This document shows, in pieces, positions 8,927-17,431 of a stretch of DNA of 54,663 bases. Both the position numbers and the translations under genes were made by a program. This DNA is from an uncultured beta proteobacterium (GTDB taxonomy: Bacteria; Pseudomonadota; Gammaproteobacteria; Burkholderiales; Burkholderiaceae_B): positions 1 through 54,663 of the forward strand of contig CAIYCP010000321.1 in the NCBI GenBank assembly GCA_903924715.1. The letters are read 5' to 3'. How positions within the stretch are numbered: position 1 is the stretch's first letter; the number at the start of each line of letters is the position of its first letter. Under the pieces are notes generated by a model. It was not told the DNA's origin. It saw nothing but the letters and a program-made list of their open reading frames with translations, and ran no database searches.

Positions 8927-10174
8927 TTAGGCTTGTGTGACGCCGAGTGCGCCAACACGGGTTGCGTTTGGACCAACAGCGATTGCTGGCAGCAAGACAC
9001 CCATGACAGTGCGAACGATACCGTCAGAGGCTGTGGCGGGTACGTAAGTGCCGCGCACGTCGCCAGTGGTGGTTGTTGCGGTTGCAGTGTCAGCGGCAGT
9101 GAATTGACCGCCATCTTGCGCAAGTGCGTTGTTGCTCTTAACGCTTGCGACGTAGGCCACGTTTGTGACACGAACTGGAAGGCCGAGAATGTCAGTTGTG
9201 CCGACAGTCAACGCGGTGCCAGTAGCGCCAGAGGTTGTGATTGAGCTCACCAGGTAAAAGGCTTTCTTACCGCTAACGGCTGTGCTGACCGCGGCGCTAG
9301 AAGTGATCGCCTCACTCATGGCTTGGCCGTAGTAGTCAAAGCCAGACACGGTAACGGTCTGCGGTGCAGCGCCGAGGGTGAAGGTCAAGCCCGAGATCGT
9401 ACCTGCTACTGAGGCAACAGCAGCGCCCGCGGTAGTGGTCAAGGTCGCGGTTGTCGCGGTAACAGCGGTCAGGATGTAAGTCGTTGGGTTTGAGTAGCCA
9501 GTAATCGAACCTGTGCCGCCTGCTGTGCCAGATACAGTCACTCGTTGACCTGTGAACACGCTTGCGTTCGAGGTGTAAGAGATTTGACCGCCTGTACCAG
9601 TTGTTGCAACGCTTGCCAAAGCAGAGCCAGTGGCAGTGCCGGTGGTTACTTTTACAGCGCGTGGCAGATCAAGTTGTAAAACAGTTGCGCCGCCTGTGGT
9701 TGTCACCGAGCGAACAGAGGTGCCTGCAGTCAAAGTCAAAGACGCTGCGGCAACCGGGGTTTGTGATGCTGCGATGTTGTTTGCAACCAACGCCTGGGGG
9801 ATAACATCCCAAACGTAGATGCGACCAAGTGGGCCAACGCCCAGGCTCATCGGCGATGGGTTATCAAAGGCCGTGTTGTTGTGCAACGTCAAAGCGGTTG
9901 TGTTGGCCACGTTAATGGCTTGGTTCAGCGTGTAGGTGCCGACGCCGCCAGTGCCTGTGCCAAACGCTGTGATGTAAGTGCCGTCTGTGACGCTTGTGCC
10001 GTCAACAAACATGCCTAAAACGATTGGTGAGCCAAAGCCCACGGCTGTCACTGTAAGCGTTGTTGACGAGGTGCCGCCTGTGCCGCCGGTAGCAGTGGTG
10101 GTGTACGGGCGAATGCCAGTACCCATAAAAGTCGGTGCAGGACCTAAGAATAGGTCGTCTGAATATTGGGGCAT
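8927..10174 (-). CDS. Putative capsid decoration/head-fibre protein
   Basis: 415 aa T/A/G-rich, directly downstream of the capsid gene, AGGAG RBS. Confidence 0.6.
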   Translation of the reverse strand: MPQYSDDLFLGPAPTFMGTGIRPYTTTATGGTGGTSSTTLTVTAVGFGSPIVLGMFVDGTSVTDGTYITAFGTGTGGVGTYTLNQAINVANTTALTLHNNTAFDNPSPMSLGVGPLGRIYVWDVIPQALVANNIAASQTPVAAASLTLTAGTSVRSVTTTGGATVLQLDLPRAVKVTTGTATGSALASVATTGTGGQISYTSNASVFTGQRVTVSGTAGGTGSITGYSNPTTYILTAVTATTATLTTTAGAAVASVAGTISGLTFTLGAAPQTVTVSGFDYYGQAMSEAITSSAAVSTAVSGKKAFYLVSSITTSGATGTALTVGTTDILGLPVRVTNVAYVASVKSNNALAQDGGQFTAADTATATTTTGDVRGTYVPATASDGIVRTVMGVLLPAIAVGPNATRVGALGVTQA

Positions 10175-10211
10175 TTTAAATCTCCTGTGGCTTGAACCAC
10201 TCGGTTGATAG

Positions 10212-10242
10212 AAAAAAGGGGCTAATCTTTTGGACTAGCCCC
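10212..10242 (-). terminator. Rho-independent terminator after the major capsid gene
   Basis: Minus strand GGGGCTAGTC-CAAAA-GATTAGCCCC-TTTTTT. Confidence 0.8.
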
Positions 10243-10249
10243 CGTTACA

Positions 10250-11164
10250 TTACACGCCTGGCGTGCCGTACACTGCGCGCGGATCAGTCCACGAAATCGT
10301 GTACCGCTCTGTTGCTTTGTAGCGCATTGAGTCAGTCTCAAAGTCGCCTTCCATAGTCTTTTCAAGACCACGGCGCATCATCAGCTTCAGGCCTTCTGGC
10401 GCGTCAGTCTGCACCCACCAGTTAGTCGCTGAAGTCAAACGGCTCAGTACCGAAGCGCCCTCAGGCATCAGACCAATCGACTTGACTGGGTTGATGTCGT
10501 TGTTGGCGGTGCCGGTACGAAGCACAGACTTCAACAGAACTTCGGCTTGGAACACGTTACCTGGGGCAACGATCAACTTGAGCGGCTGAAGACGGATCTT
10601 CTTACCGTTGTTGTCCACGGCTTGGCGCACTTGAATGAGCATCTGCTCAAGCGAGGTTTGCGACAAGTTGGCTGCAGTAGCCAATTGGTTACTGAACACG
10701 CCGTTTACGATTGGGTGCGAGGTGTTGGTGAGTGAAACGCCATCGCCGCCGACGTAGCTGCTATTGAACGCACGGTTCAATACGTTAGCTGCGAGCAGTT
10801 CTTTAGTCTCAATCAACGACTGCGCCAAGTGCTTGGCGTAGACCTGACCGATACGGATGTGATCGCCATCCTCGACCAACACTTTGGTCAACGCAAAGGC
10901 TAAGCCATAGACGTTGTACACATAGCGCTGAAGGAACAGCACGCCGCCCTGCTGATACGAGACGGGGCTGCCGTCAGGTAACTGAGGAGCCGCGCCGAAG
11001 CCGTACAAGACGGGCTCTTCGTGGTAGTTGCGTGGGATGCCCATTTGCTCGCGGAACACTGTGCTCCACTCATCGGCACGTTGGTCATAGATTCCGTCGA
11101 AGCATTCATTGAGGATTGGCTCAACAATCGATCGGAAATCCGTACTGCGCATTGGAGCTGCCAT
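10250..11164 (-). CDS. Major capsid protein
   Basis: 304 aa; LAFALTKVLVED, KIRLQPLKLIVAP, GDFETDSMRYKATERY..SWTDPRAVYG; follows scaffold; strong RBS and downstream terminator. Confidence 0.85.
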   Translation of the reverse strand: MAAPMRSTDFRSIVEPILNECFDGIYDQRADEWSTVFREQMGIPRNYHEEPVLYGFGAAPQLPDGSPVSYQQGGVLFLQRYVYNVYGLAFALTKVLVEDGDHIRIGQVYAKHLAQSLIETKELLAANVLNRAFNSSYVGGDGVSLTNTSHPIVNGVFSNQLATAANLSQTSLEQMLIQVRQAVDNNGKKIRLQPLKLIVAPGNVFQAEVLLKSVLRTGTANNDINPVKSIGLMPEGASVLSRLTSATNWWVQTDAPEGLKLMMRRGLEKTMEGDFETDSMRYKATERYTISWTDPRAVYGTPGV

Positions 11165-11175
11165 ATCAGTTCTCC

Positions 11176-11763
11176 TTAGATAGCGGCTTTAGCAGCCACA
11201 AATTGAGGGTTGCTGACCTGTACACGAACGATCACATAAGCGTCGCCCCAGTTATTATCTGGGTAAGGTGCAATATCAACAATACGGAACTGACCAGTGC
11301 TTGCTGAACCAACGAGCGATGCCGACAGAGTCATCTGTGACAAACCAGTGGTGGTAGAACCTGCAGTGAAGTTGCTCAAGTTCGCTTCATTACCAATTGA
11401 AGTTTGAGCCATAGTGCCATCAGTCTGAATTTCATAAACGATTTGTTGGTCGTTGTAAAAATAGGCGATGCAGCTACCTGTAATGAAAGTAGTGCTTGCG
11501 GGCCAGTAGTTAGATACACGACGACGGCCAGTTGTGTCAGTCCACTCGACGCCTGCGAAGGCACCAGAGACTAAACCGCTGTTGGTTGTGGTGTCGAGAA
11601 CCGGCAAGATGACGCCAGCGTTAGGCGAATACTGAACAGCCTGACCTTTCAGGATGTTGCTAGCGTAGCCCGATGTAATACCATTAGCCAGAGCTTGTGC
11701 GCGTTCCAATCCAGTTGGGAAATACGCAGGTCGCAGGCCAAAAGGTGCGTTAGTTGCACTCAT
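11176..11763 (-). CDS. Minor capsid/decoration protein
   Basis: MSATNAPFGLRP N-terminus, beta-rich, immediately upstream of the capsid gene. Confidence 0.6.
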   Translation of the reverse strand: MSATNAPFGLRPAYFPTGLERAQALANGITSGYASNILKGQAVQYSPNAGVILPVLDTTTNSGLVSGAFAGVEWTDTTGRRRVSNYWPASTTFITGSCIAYFYNDQQIVYEIQTDGTMAQTSIGNEANLSNFTAGSTTTGLSQMTLSASLVGSASTGQFRIVDIAPYPDNNWGDAYVIVRVQVSNPQFVAAKAAI

Positions 11764-11938
11764 AGGATGCTCCTAAAAAACAGTTAAAGGGATAATGTTT
11801 TCGCTTTCTTCAAAGCTACAGGCAAAATCATCTAGAACATGATTTTTAGGACTAAATTTGGTGTGGATACCTGCTTTTTACAAAGCGGGTATCCATATGC
11901 AGCATATTTTAATACTAATTTTTTAAAAGTAAAGCAAG

Positions 11939-12466
11939 TTAACTAAAGTGTGGCAATTTCACGTTACTGTCATCTGGCAAGCCACCCTCAACGCTGCCCA
12001 TTGCCTTGCCTGAGCGGTCGCGTTGGCTGACAAGCTGCTCCTGATCGATGCGGATCTTATCTGCCTCGTCCATCGGCTGGTAGTGATGGTGCTCAAGCAT
12101 GATGTCTTGATAGATGTCCATCGGCATCTTGCAAAGCAGCATCTCGTTGCACATGATGTGGCCAGACTGATCGCCCTCTTTGACCTTGTACATGTCGTAG
12201 CCGGGCATCTCGTCTGCTCGCACAGGCGCGTAGCCTAGCGAGAACCGGCGATGGATCGGGTCATACTGGCTGTTTGTCGCAAGCCAACAGAGGTGAAAAC
12301 CTGGGATCTCTGGGATATTCGGCAACACGGTTTGCTGAAACTCGTTACGCGCACGGCGGCGCTCACGCACGATCGGAAAGTTTTCCTCAGGCGCTGCGCG
12401 TGATGCGTCTTGCTCGGTACGGTTGCTGCGGCTTTCGCCTGGGCTGCGTTTTAAACGGTTATCCAT
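11939..12466 (-). CDS. Hypothetical head-module protein
   Basis: 175 aa between scaffold and decoration genes; PGFHLCWL, LGYAPV, MLLCKMP. Confidence 0.7.
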   Translation of the reverse strand: MDNRLKRSPGESRSNRTEQDASRAAPEENFPIVRERRRARNEFQQTVLPNIPEIPGFHLCWLATNSQYDPIHRRFSLGYAPVRADEMPGYDMYKVKEGDQSGHIMCNEMLLCKMPMDIYQDIMLEHHHYQPMDEADKIRIDQEQLVSQRDRSGKAMGSVEGGLPDDSNVKLPHFS

Positions 12467-12468
12467 GA

Positions 12469-13425
12469 TTAGTTCCTTCCCTTGTTTTCACGGTCATATT
12501 TTGCGTAGGATTTGATCATCTTTGCGCGTTGATCGGGGTTATCCCAAGCGCCCATGTCTTTGATGGCCTGCACGCGGTCAGCCGAGAGCCTAAACTCGTT
12601 ACCGCGCCCAGTTGGCGCAGATTCACGCCCAGAGCCCGTCATGCGGGGGCGTTGGGTGTTTGAGCGTTGCGGTGCAGCACCACTCATGCGATGCGGCAAG
12701 TACTTTGAGACACGGTCATCAAGCTCATCCCAGTAATCAGGCGAAGAGGGGTCATAACCCTCGTCGGTGAGCTTTTTGTCCAAGCGCTGCGCGATTTCCG
12801 AGTCCATGTCCTTGGCCTGTGGGTCGTACCACGGGTTACGCTCCATCCAATCCGCGGCGTTACGCTGAACGGCAGGGTCTGGCACGTTCATTGTGGGCTT
12901 GGGTGGCTGCGACATCTGCCGAGTTGCCTGATCTTTGATAGATTTAAGCGACTCGACCTTGCGCTGCGACTCATACATTAACTCTTGAGCCTTTACGACT
13001 GCGTCACCGTCTTGGTTGGCAACGGCCTCACGCATTTTCATCTTTGCGTACTCAATCTGGACTTCGGTATCGTCAATCGCCTTGTCAACACGGGCTAATT
13101 CAGCACCAGAGGTGCGTTTTTCAAGGTGCGCGAGGCGCTCCGAGAGTTGCTGGTTCTGTGTGCGCAAATTGTTGATAAGGTGACTAGATTCTTTGGTCTT
13201 TTCGCGATGAATTTGCTTTTTTAACCGTCTTTCCTCGCGTCGAGCGGCGCGAATTTGCTCCCGATCGGGGTCAGAATCAAGCCCGTCGTTGGTTTCGACC
13301 TCGCCACCCTCGGCAAGTTCGGGTTTTTCTTCGGTTTCGGGCGCTTCGCCGTCCTCCAGGTGCACAACAGCCGAGCCATCCTGCTCTTCGGCGACTTGCA
13401 TCTCTGCTTTATCAGTGGGTGTCAT
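12469..13425 (-). CDS. Putative scaffolding protein
   Basis: Acidic N-term, long coiled coil, WMERNPWY, C-term helical pair; between portal and capsid. Confidence 0.7.
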   Translation of the reverse strand: MTPTDKAEMQVAEEQDGSAVVHLEDGEAPETEEKPELAEGGEVETNDGLDSDPDREQIRAARREERRLKKQIHREKTKESSHLINNLRTQNQQLSERLAHLEKRTSGAELARVDKAIDDTEVQIEYAKMKMREAVANQDGDAVVKAQELMYESQRKVESLKSIKDQATRQMSQPPKPTMNVPDPAVQRNAADWMERNPWYDPQAKDMDSEIAQRLDKKLTDEGYDPSSPDYWDELDDRVSKYLPHRMSGAAPQRSNTQRPRMTGSGRESAPTGRGNEFRLSADRVQAIKDMGAWDNPDQRAKMIKSYAKYDRENKGRN

Positions 13426-13832
13426 ACGAATTGCCTCATTGTCAAGACTTGTTCAGGGTCAACCTTCGCCCATAACTCAAAATCGTTCAGGATTTGCAGT
13501 GAAACTTGGTCTTCTGCGTCGTTTGGGTTGGGCACTGTGAACCGATCGCCTGACCAACGGGGTACGCGCACGTAGTCGCCGACCTGGCACCAGATGCCTT
13601 CGCCCCATTCGGATAAAGTGTCACGGTTTTTAAATGCAATTGGACCAAGCGCTAAGACCTTGCCAATCATTGACTGCGCACGCTCAGTTTCGCGTGTTTC
13701 TTCCACCAGGATGATGCCGCCTTTACTGGCTTTTTTTACGCTTTTGAGTTGTAACAACACTCGGGCACCTAGTGGTGTGATGCCATGTACGCACTGCGGG
13801 AACGCCTCTTCGAGGGTTTCAAAGTCTTTCAT
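13422..13832 (-). CDS. groES: GroES/Cpn10-like co-chaperonin
   Basis: ITPLGARVLL, KGGIIL mobile loop, GKVLALGP, VGDYV, ILNDFEL; AAGGAG RBS. Confidence 0.85.
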   Translation of the reverse strand: MKDFETLEEAFPQCVHGITPLGARVLLQLKSVKKASKGGIILVEETRETERAQSMIGKVLALGPIAFKNRDTLSEWGEGIWCQVGDYVRVPRWSGDRFTVPNPNDAEDQVSLQILNDFELWAKVDPEQVLTMRQFV

Positions 13833-13841
13833 ACCTACTCC

Positions 13842-14179
13842 TTAAAAGCGCCATTCGGCACTTGGTTAAAAGCGCCATTCGGCGCGGTAATCCCCGTCTT
13901 TCCGAGGTGTCAGTGCTGTTGCCTGCCGGAGAACGCACCTCTCCCTGTTTTGATCAGACTTCGCCCACAGTATCGCTACTCTGCAATTACGGATGCAGCC
14001 CGTGTTGATCTATGACGTCATTTAACCAACACGAATGGGGGCTGTCGTACCCTTCAATTTGTAGCGGTGTTAGCTACGCCCCCATACGTCTTGACCCTCG
14101 TCTTTCCGAAGCGTCAGCCCTAAAGCTAGGCATCTGGGGTGACGACCCTTACCAGTAGACACCCCCGCTTGCTAAAGGC
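13842..14179 (-). ncRNA. Candidate structured RNA region/array upstream of groES
   Basis: No credible ORF; several hairpins, two copies of TGAC-stem-GAAAGA-stem, two related GGGGG/CCCCC stem units and an 18-bp tandem repeat. Confidence 0.5.
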
Positions 14180-14181
14180 AT

Positions 14182-14373
14182 TTACAAATCCTCATCCTTC
14201 TCCGTCAAGATGTCATCAAGTATGTCTAAGGCTTCACCAAGCCCTTGATACGTTCCAACCATCCGGTGGTAAGACTCAATGTTGATCGCGTAGCCGTCAG
14301 CAAGGGAGAGCGCTAGCTCTAAGCGCCGCTCCTTTAACTTGCCAATCAGCTCGCTGACTGGGTTAACGACCAC
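14182..14373 (-). CDS. Small hypothetical protein of the portal module
   Basis: ESYHRMVGTYQGL..ALDIL helical motif typical of small genes after portals; overlaps upstream gene. Confidence 0.7.
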   Translation of the reverse strand: MVVNPVSELIGKLKERRLELALSLADGYAINIESYHRMVGTYQGLGEALDILDDILTEKDEDL

Positions 14374-14644
14374 GGCCGGCGGCTTTACGCGAAGGTACGC
14401 CGATGATTATCTTCAAGCCCATGCCGTTCTTGGGCACAACACCGCCCTTCTTGAAGGTTGCGATCTTCTCACCAGTTGCCTTGACGGGTTGCAATGCGCC
14501 ACCCTTAGCCGGTAAGTTAGCTGCCTTGCTCTCGGCCATCACTGCGCCGCCCTTGGCATACTTTTGGATCACTGACTTGCCGCCTGCCAGGGGCACGGAC
14601 TCGCCCATTGCCATACGTTTGTGCTGCGAAATTGCGTCAGACAT
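14363..14644 (-). CDS. Small basic protein with YAKGG/FKKGG motifs
   Basis: 93 aa, AAGGAG RBS within the portal 3' end. Confidence 0.7.
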   Translation of the reverse strand: MSDAISQHKRMAMGESVPLAGGKSVIQKYAKGGAVMAESKAANLPAKGGALQPVKATGEKIATFKKGGVVPKNGMGLKIIIGVPSRKAAGRGR

Positions 14645-14646
14645 GA

Positions 14647-17190
14647 TTAAACTCCTTGCGGTGGTACTTCTTGAGGTTGAGATTGTTGTGCTGCTTGCTG
14701 CGCTGCTAATTGCTGCTGCTGTTGCGCTTGAAGTTGTTGACGTTGCTGCTCGTGTTGCTGCTCAAGCGTCAGCAAGTTGATGTCGTGGGTGAGCTCGGCC
14801 GCCTTGATCTGCTCGTCGGCGACGTTCTTTTCCTGCTTGGCCTTGACATCTGCAGCCAGTTTGGCCTGGTCAAGTTGAAGTTTGGCCTGATCGGCTTGCG
14901 TTTTGCGGTTCGTTTCAGCCATCTGAGTCTGAACCAAGGCTTGCACGCTCGGGTCAGTTGGTGCCTGCTGCGACTTGAGCTGCTGAATGGTTTGGATCAT
15001 CTGCTGCATGATAGGCACCACGCCTGCAAACTGCTGCTGTGTGTCTTGGTGCACATGCTGTGAGCTCGCGGCAAGCAATTTTTGCGCCTCTTGGATGATA
15101 GGCTGCACCTTCAAGATGTCAAACGACTCACCCAACGCGTCAGACGCGTACTTGTCCATCGAGTTCAGGTACCAAAGCGTCAAGTGCTGCTTGAGATGCT
15201 CAAGCATTTGCGGGATAAACACGGGTGCCATGATGGGGCTTGCGCCGTACATGGGATCCTTGGCGTAATCCAAGTGAACCTGCAGGTGAGCCAAGTGCTC
15301 TTGGTTCGGGAACGCACCGACGGGCTTACCGAGCGTCATCGCAACGTTCTCAAGCGCCGGGTTCATTTCCTTGACGTCCTGCGGGTCAGGCAAGACCTCG
15401 TTGATGTCGGGCAACTTGATCTGTTTAAGGATCCGCTTTTCAACAGCCAGTCGATTGTATAAGTCTGGATTCGCCTGGGCGCGTGCGGCCAGCGCTTGCA
15501 CTTGGGCGTAGCGCTGCGACTCGGCAAAGATGTGCGGGTCGGAGACCGGCACCACATCCGAGTTTTTCTCAAAGTCCTTTGAGGTGACGCCAAGCTCGCG
15601 GCTCATCTCGTCTGGGTTGTCGTCCAGATACCAACGGTTCAAGCGCCCAATGATCTTGAGCACCCGCGCCTGGCTTGTGTGCAGCCGTGCGTGGATGGCC
15701 GAGAATACGGCAGCGCCCTGCTCAATCAAGGCCTGCGTCGTACCAACGGGGGCATTGGATGTGACGTTAGCGATCTTCTCTTCGGCTGTAGTGACCACAC
15801 CCTTGGCGGCATCGGTTAACCAACCAAGCAATTGCATGAGCACGGCCGAGGGTTGGTTAAACGGCATCGGCATGGCAATCTTGCGTACGTCATCTACGCC
15901 TGGCGCGCCTTCGATTTCCGTGACTTGGGTGGGCTCGACGACGATGCTTTGCCCCGAGACTTTGCCGCCCTTGAGCTTGAGCATCGTGGGGGCGTTGTTG
16001 ATGTGCGCAGAGTCAAGTAGAGCACGCAAAGCACCAGTAAGAGCGGCAGATAGGCCGCCAATAAGATGAGGCAGACCGACAGCATAAGCACCTCGCCAAG
16101 GGATGAATTTGAACTCAACGATCCAGTCGAGCTTTGACATCAACTCGTCGCCGTCTTCCCAGTTGCGGTAAAGCCCCACGACCTCGGACGACAACTCATC
16201 GATCATCAGGATGTAAGGGGCACGTTCGCCTTTGCTCTTCTTGTCGTCCTCGAGCTCCATCCAAGTGTAGATGTGGAAAACGCGACGCACGCCGTCAATG
16301 TTGTCTGACTCTGACTTGCGACCCTCAATTCGATTGTTCGCTTTTTCGGGGCTTGACTCTTCAGGCTCTTGGCTTGCGCGGTAGATGTCTAAGTCGATGT
16401 AGAGCCCGCTTGAGACTCGCGCCTCAAAGTCGTCTTGGGTGATGTCGTTGACCTCGGTCACACGACTTGCGGTGTAGAAGTTAGCCGCGGCGAATGGCAG
16501 GTACACGTTATCGATCGGCAAGAACTCCGCACAAGGGCGGCGTTTACTCTCGTCGTACCAGATCTTCATGTACTGCGAACCACCGAGCGGAAGTTGGGTG
16601 AGGAGTTGCTCCTCCTCGTCGCGGTACTCTTCGATCTTCTCGGTGAGCTGGTAGTTCATGTAATCGCGCTTGCGCTCGGCGATCATGGTCTTTTGCTCAG
16701 TCACCTCGCCTAGAATCTTTGAGCGCACTGGCCCGTCTGGCGGGAACAGCTCCTTGATGGCGCGAGCGGCGAAGTCTACGCAACCCTCGGCCATAATAGG
16801 GTGCACGACCTTACTCGCCCCCATAAACGAGGCACCGCCTGGCGCATCTTGGCCTAAGCCAGTTCTGCGCAATCCTTCCTCGTACTGTTTGTCGCGCCCC
16901 TCGCGGGCTGACTTGTCTTTCTCAACGAGCTCGAGGTACTTGATCGCCACGCCCGACAGGTCATACGAGTCGATGACGTCGGCCAGGTTCTCGTAAAAGT
17001 CAGGTGAGTCCTCAGGACCCAACAGGTCATCGTCCTCTAGGCGTACGATCGCTGAGCCATCGTCCTGCTCTTCAACGTCGGCCTGATCAAACAGATCGAC
17101 CTCGGCGGTGTCGCCAAACTCGCTATCGCCATGCGCCTCGGGGGCGATGAATCGGCCATAGTCTTGGGGGATGGGAAATTCAGTAGCCAT
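14647..17190 (-). CDS. Portal protein
   Basis: 847 aa; HPIMAEGCVDFAARA.KELFPPDGPV, LPLGGS, YAVGLPHLIGGL, NAPVGTTQALIEQG; Q-rich C-terminal barrel-like tail. Confidence 0.85.
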   Translation of the reverse strand: MATEFPIPQDYGRFIAPEAHGDSEFGDTAEVDLFDQADVEEQDDGSAIVRLEDDDLLGPEDSPDFYENLADVIDSYDLSGVAIKYLELVEKDKSAREGRDKQYEEGLRRTGLGQDAPGGASFMGASKVVHPIMAEGCVDFAARAIKELFPPDGPVRSKILGEVTEQKTMIAERKRDYMNYQLTEKIEEYRDEEEQLLTQLPLGGSQYMKIWYDESKRRPCAEFLPIDNVYLPFAAANFYTASRVTEVNDITQDDFEARVSSGLYIDLDIYRASQEPEESSPEKANNRIEGRKSESDNIDGVRRVFHIYTWMELEDDKKSKGERAPYILMIDELSSEVVGLYRNWEDGDELMSKLDWIVEFKFIPWRGAYAVGLPHLIGGLSAALTGALRALLDSAHINNAPTMLKLKGGKVSGQSIVVEPTQVTEIEGAPGVDDVRKIAMPMPFNQPSAVLMQLLGWLTDAAKGVVTTAEEKIANVTSNAPVGTTQALIEQGAAVFSAIHARLHTSQARVLKIIGRLNRWYLDDNPDEMSRELGVTSKDFEKNSDVVPVSDPHIFAESQRYAQVQALAARAQANPDLYNRLAVEKRILKQIKLPDINEVLPDPQDVKEMNPALENVAMTLGKPVGAFPNQEHLAHLQVHLDYAKDPMYGASPIMAPVFIPQMLEHLKQHLTLWYLNSMDKYASDALGESFDILKVQPIIQEAQKLLAASSQHVHQDTQQQFAGVVPIMQQMIQTIQQLKSQQAPTDPSVQALVQTQMAETNRKTQADQAKLQLDQAKLAADVKAKQEKNVADEQIKAAELTHDINLLTLEQQHEQQRQQLQAQQQQQLAAQQAAQQSQPQEVPPQGV

Positions 17191-17242
17191 TATTTAGTCC
17201 TGATGTTATTATTTAACTTCAAGTTAACGATTGGTGGGCTAA

Positions 17243-17431
17243 ATGGACAAATATGACGAAGCAATCGAGTTCTTAAAGGCGGTTGAGCCGGGGAGCTATT
17301 ACGACCAATGCGCGGCGCTGATGGAAGAGCTGCTAGCTCGCGTTCACGAGCTCGAAAACCCAACCAAGAAAGTAGCGCTTCACAAAGCATTTCAAGGCCG
17401 CCAAGGCGGTTGGTCGCATTTAAATAAGTAA
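17243..17431 (+). CDS. Small hypothetical protein on the opposite strand within the packaging module
   Basis: Fills the gap between portal and the 955-aa gene, abutting 17432; protein-like composition; upstream motif shared with 37060-37082. Confidence 0.6.
   Translation: MDKYDEAIEFLKAVEPGSYYDQCAALMEELLARVHELENPTKKVALHKAFQGRQGGWSHLNK

Noticed and set aside
13842-14179. tRNA, CRISPR mini-array or known ribozyme
   Set aside because: No T-loop GTTC or cloverleaf; the repeats have only two copies with irregular spacing; hammerhead and HDV-like cores could not be fitted by eye
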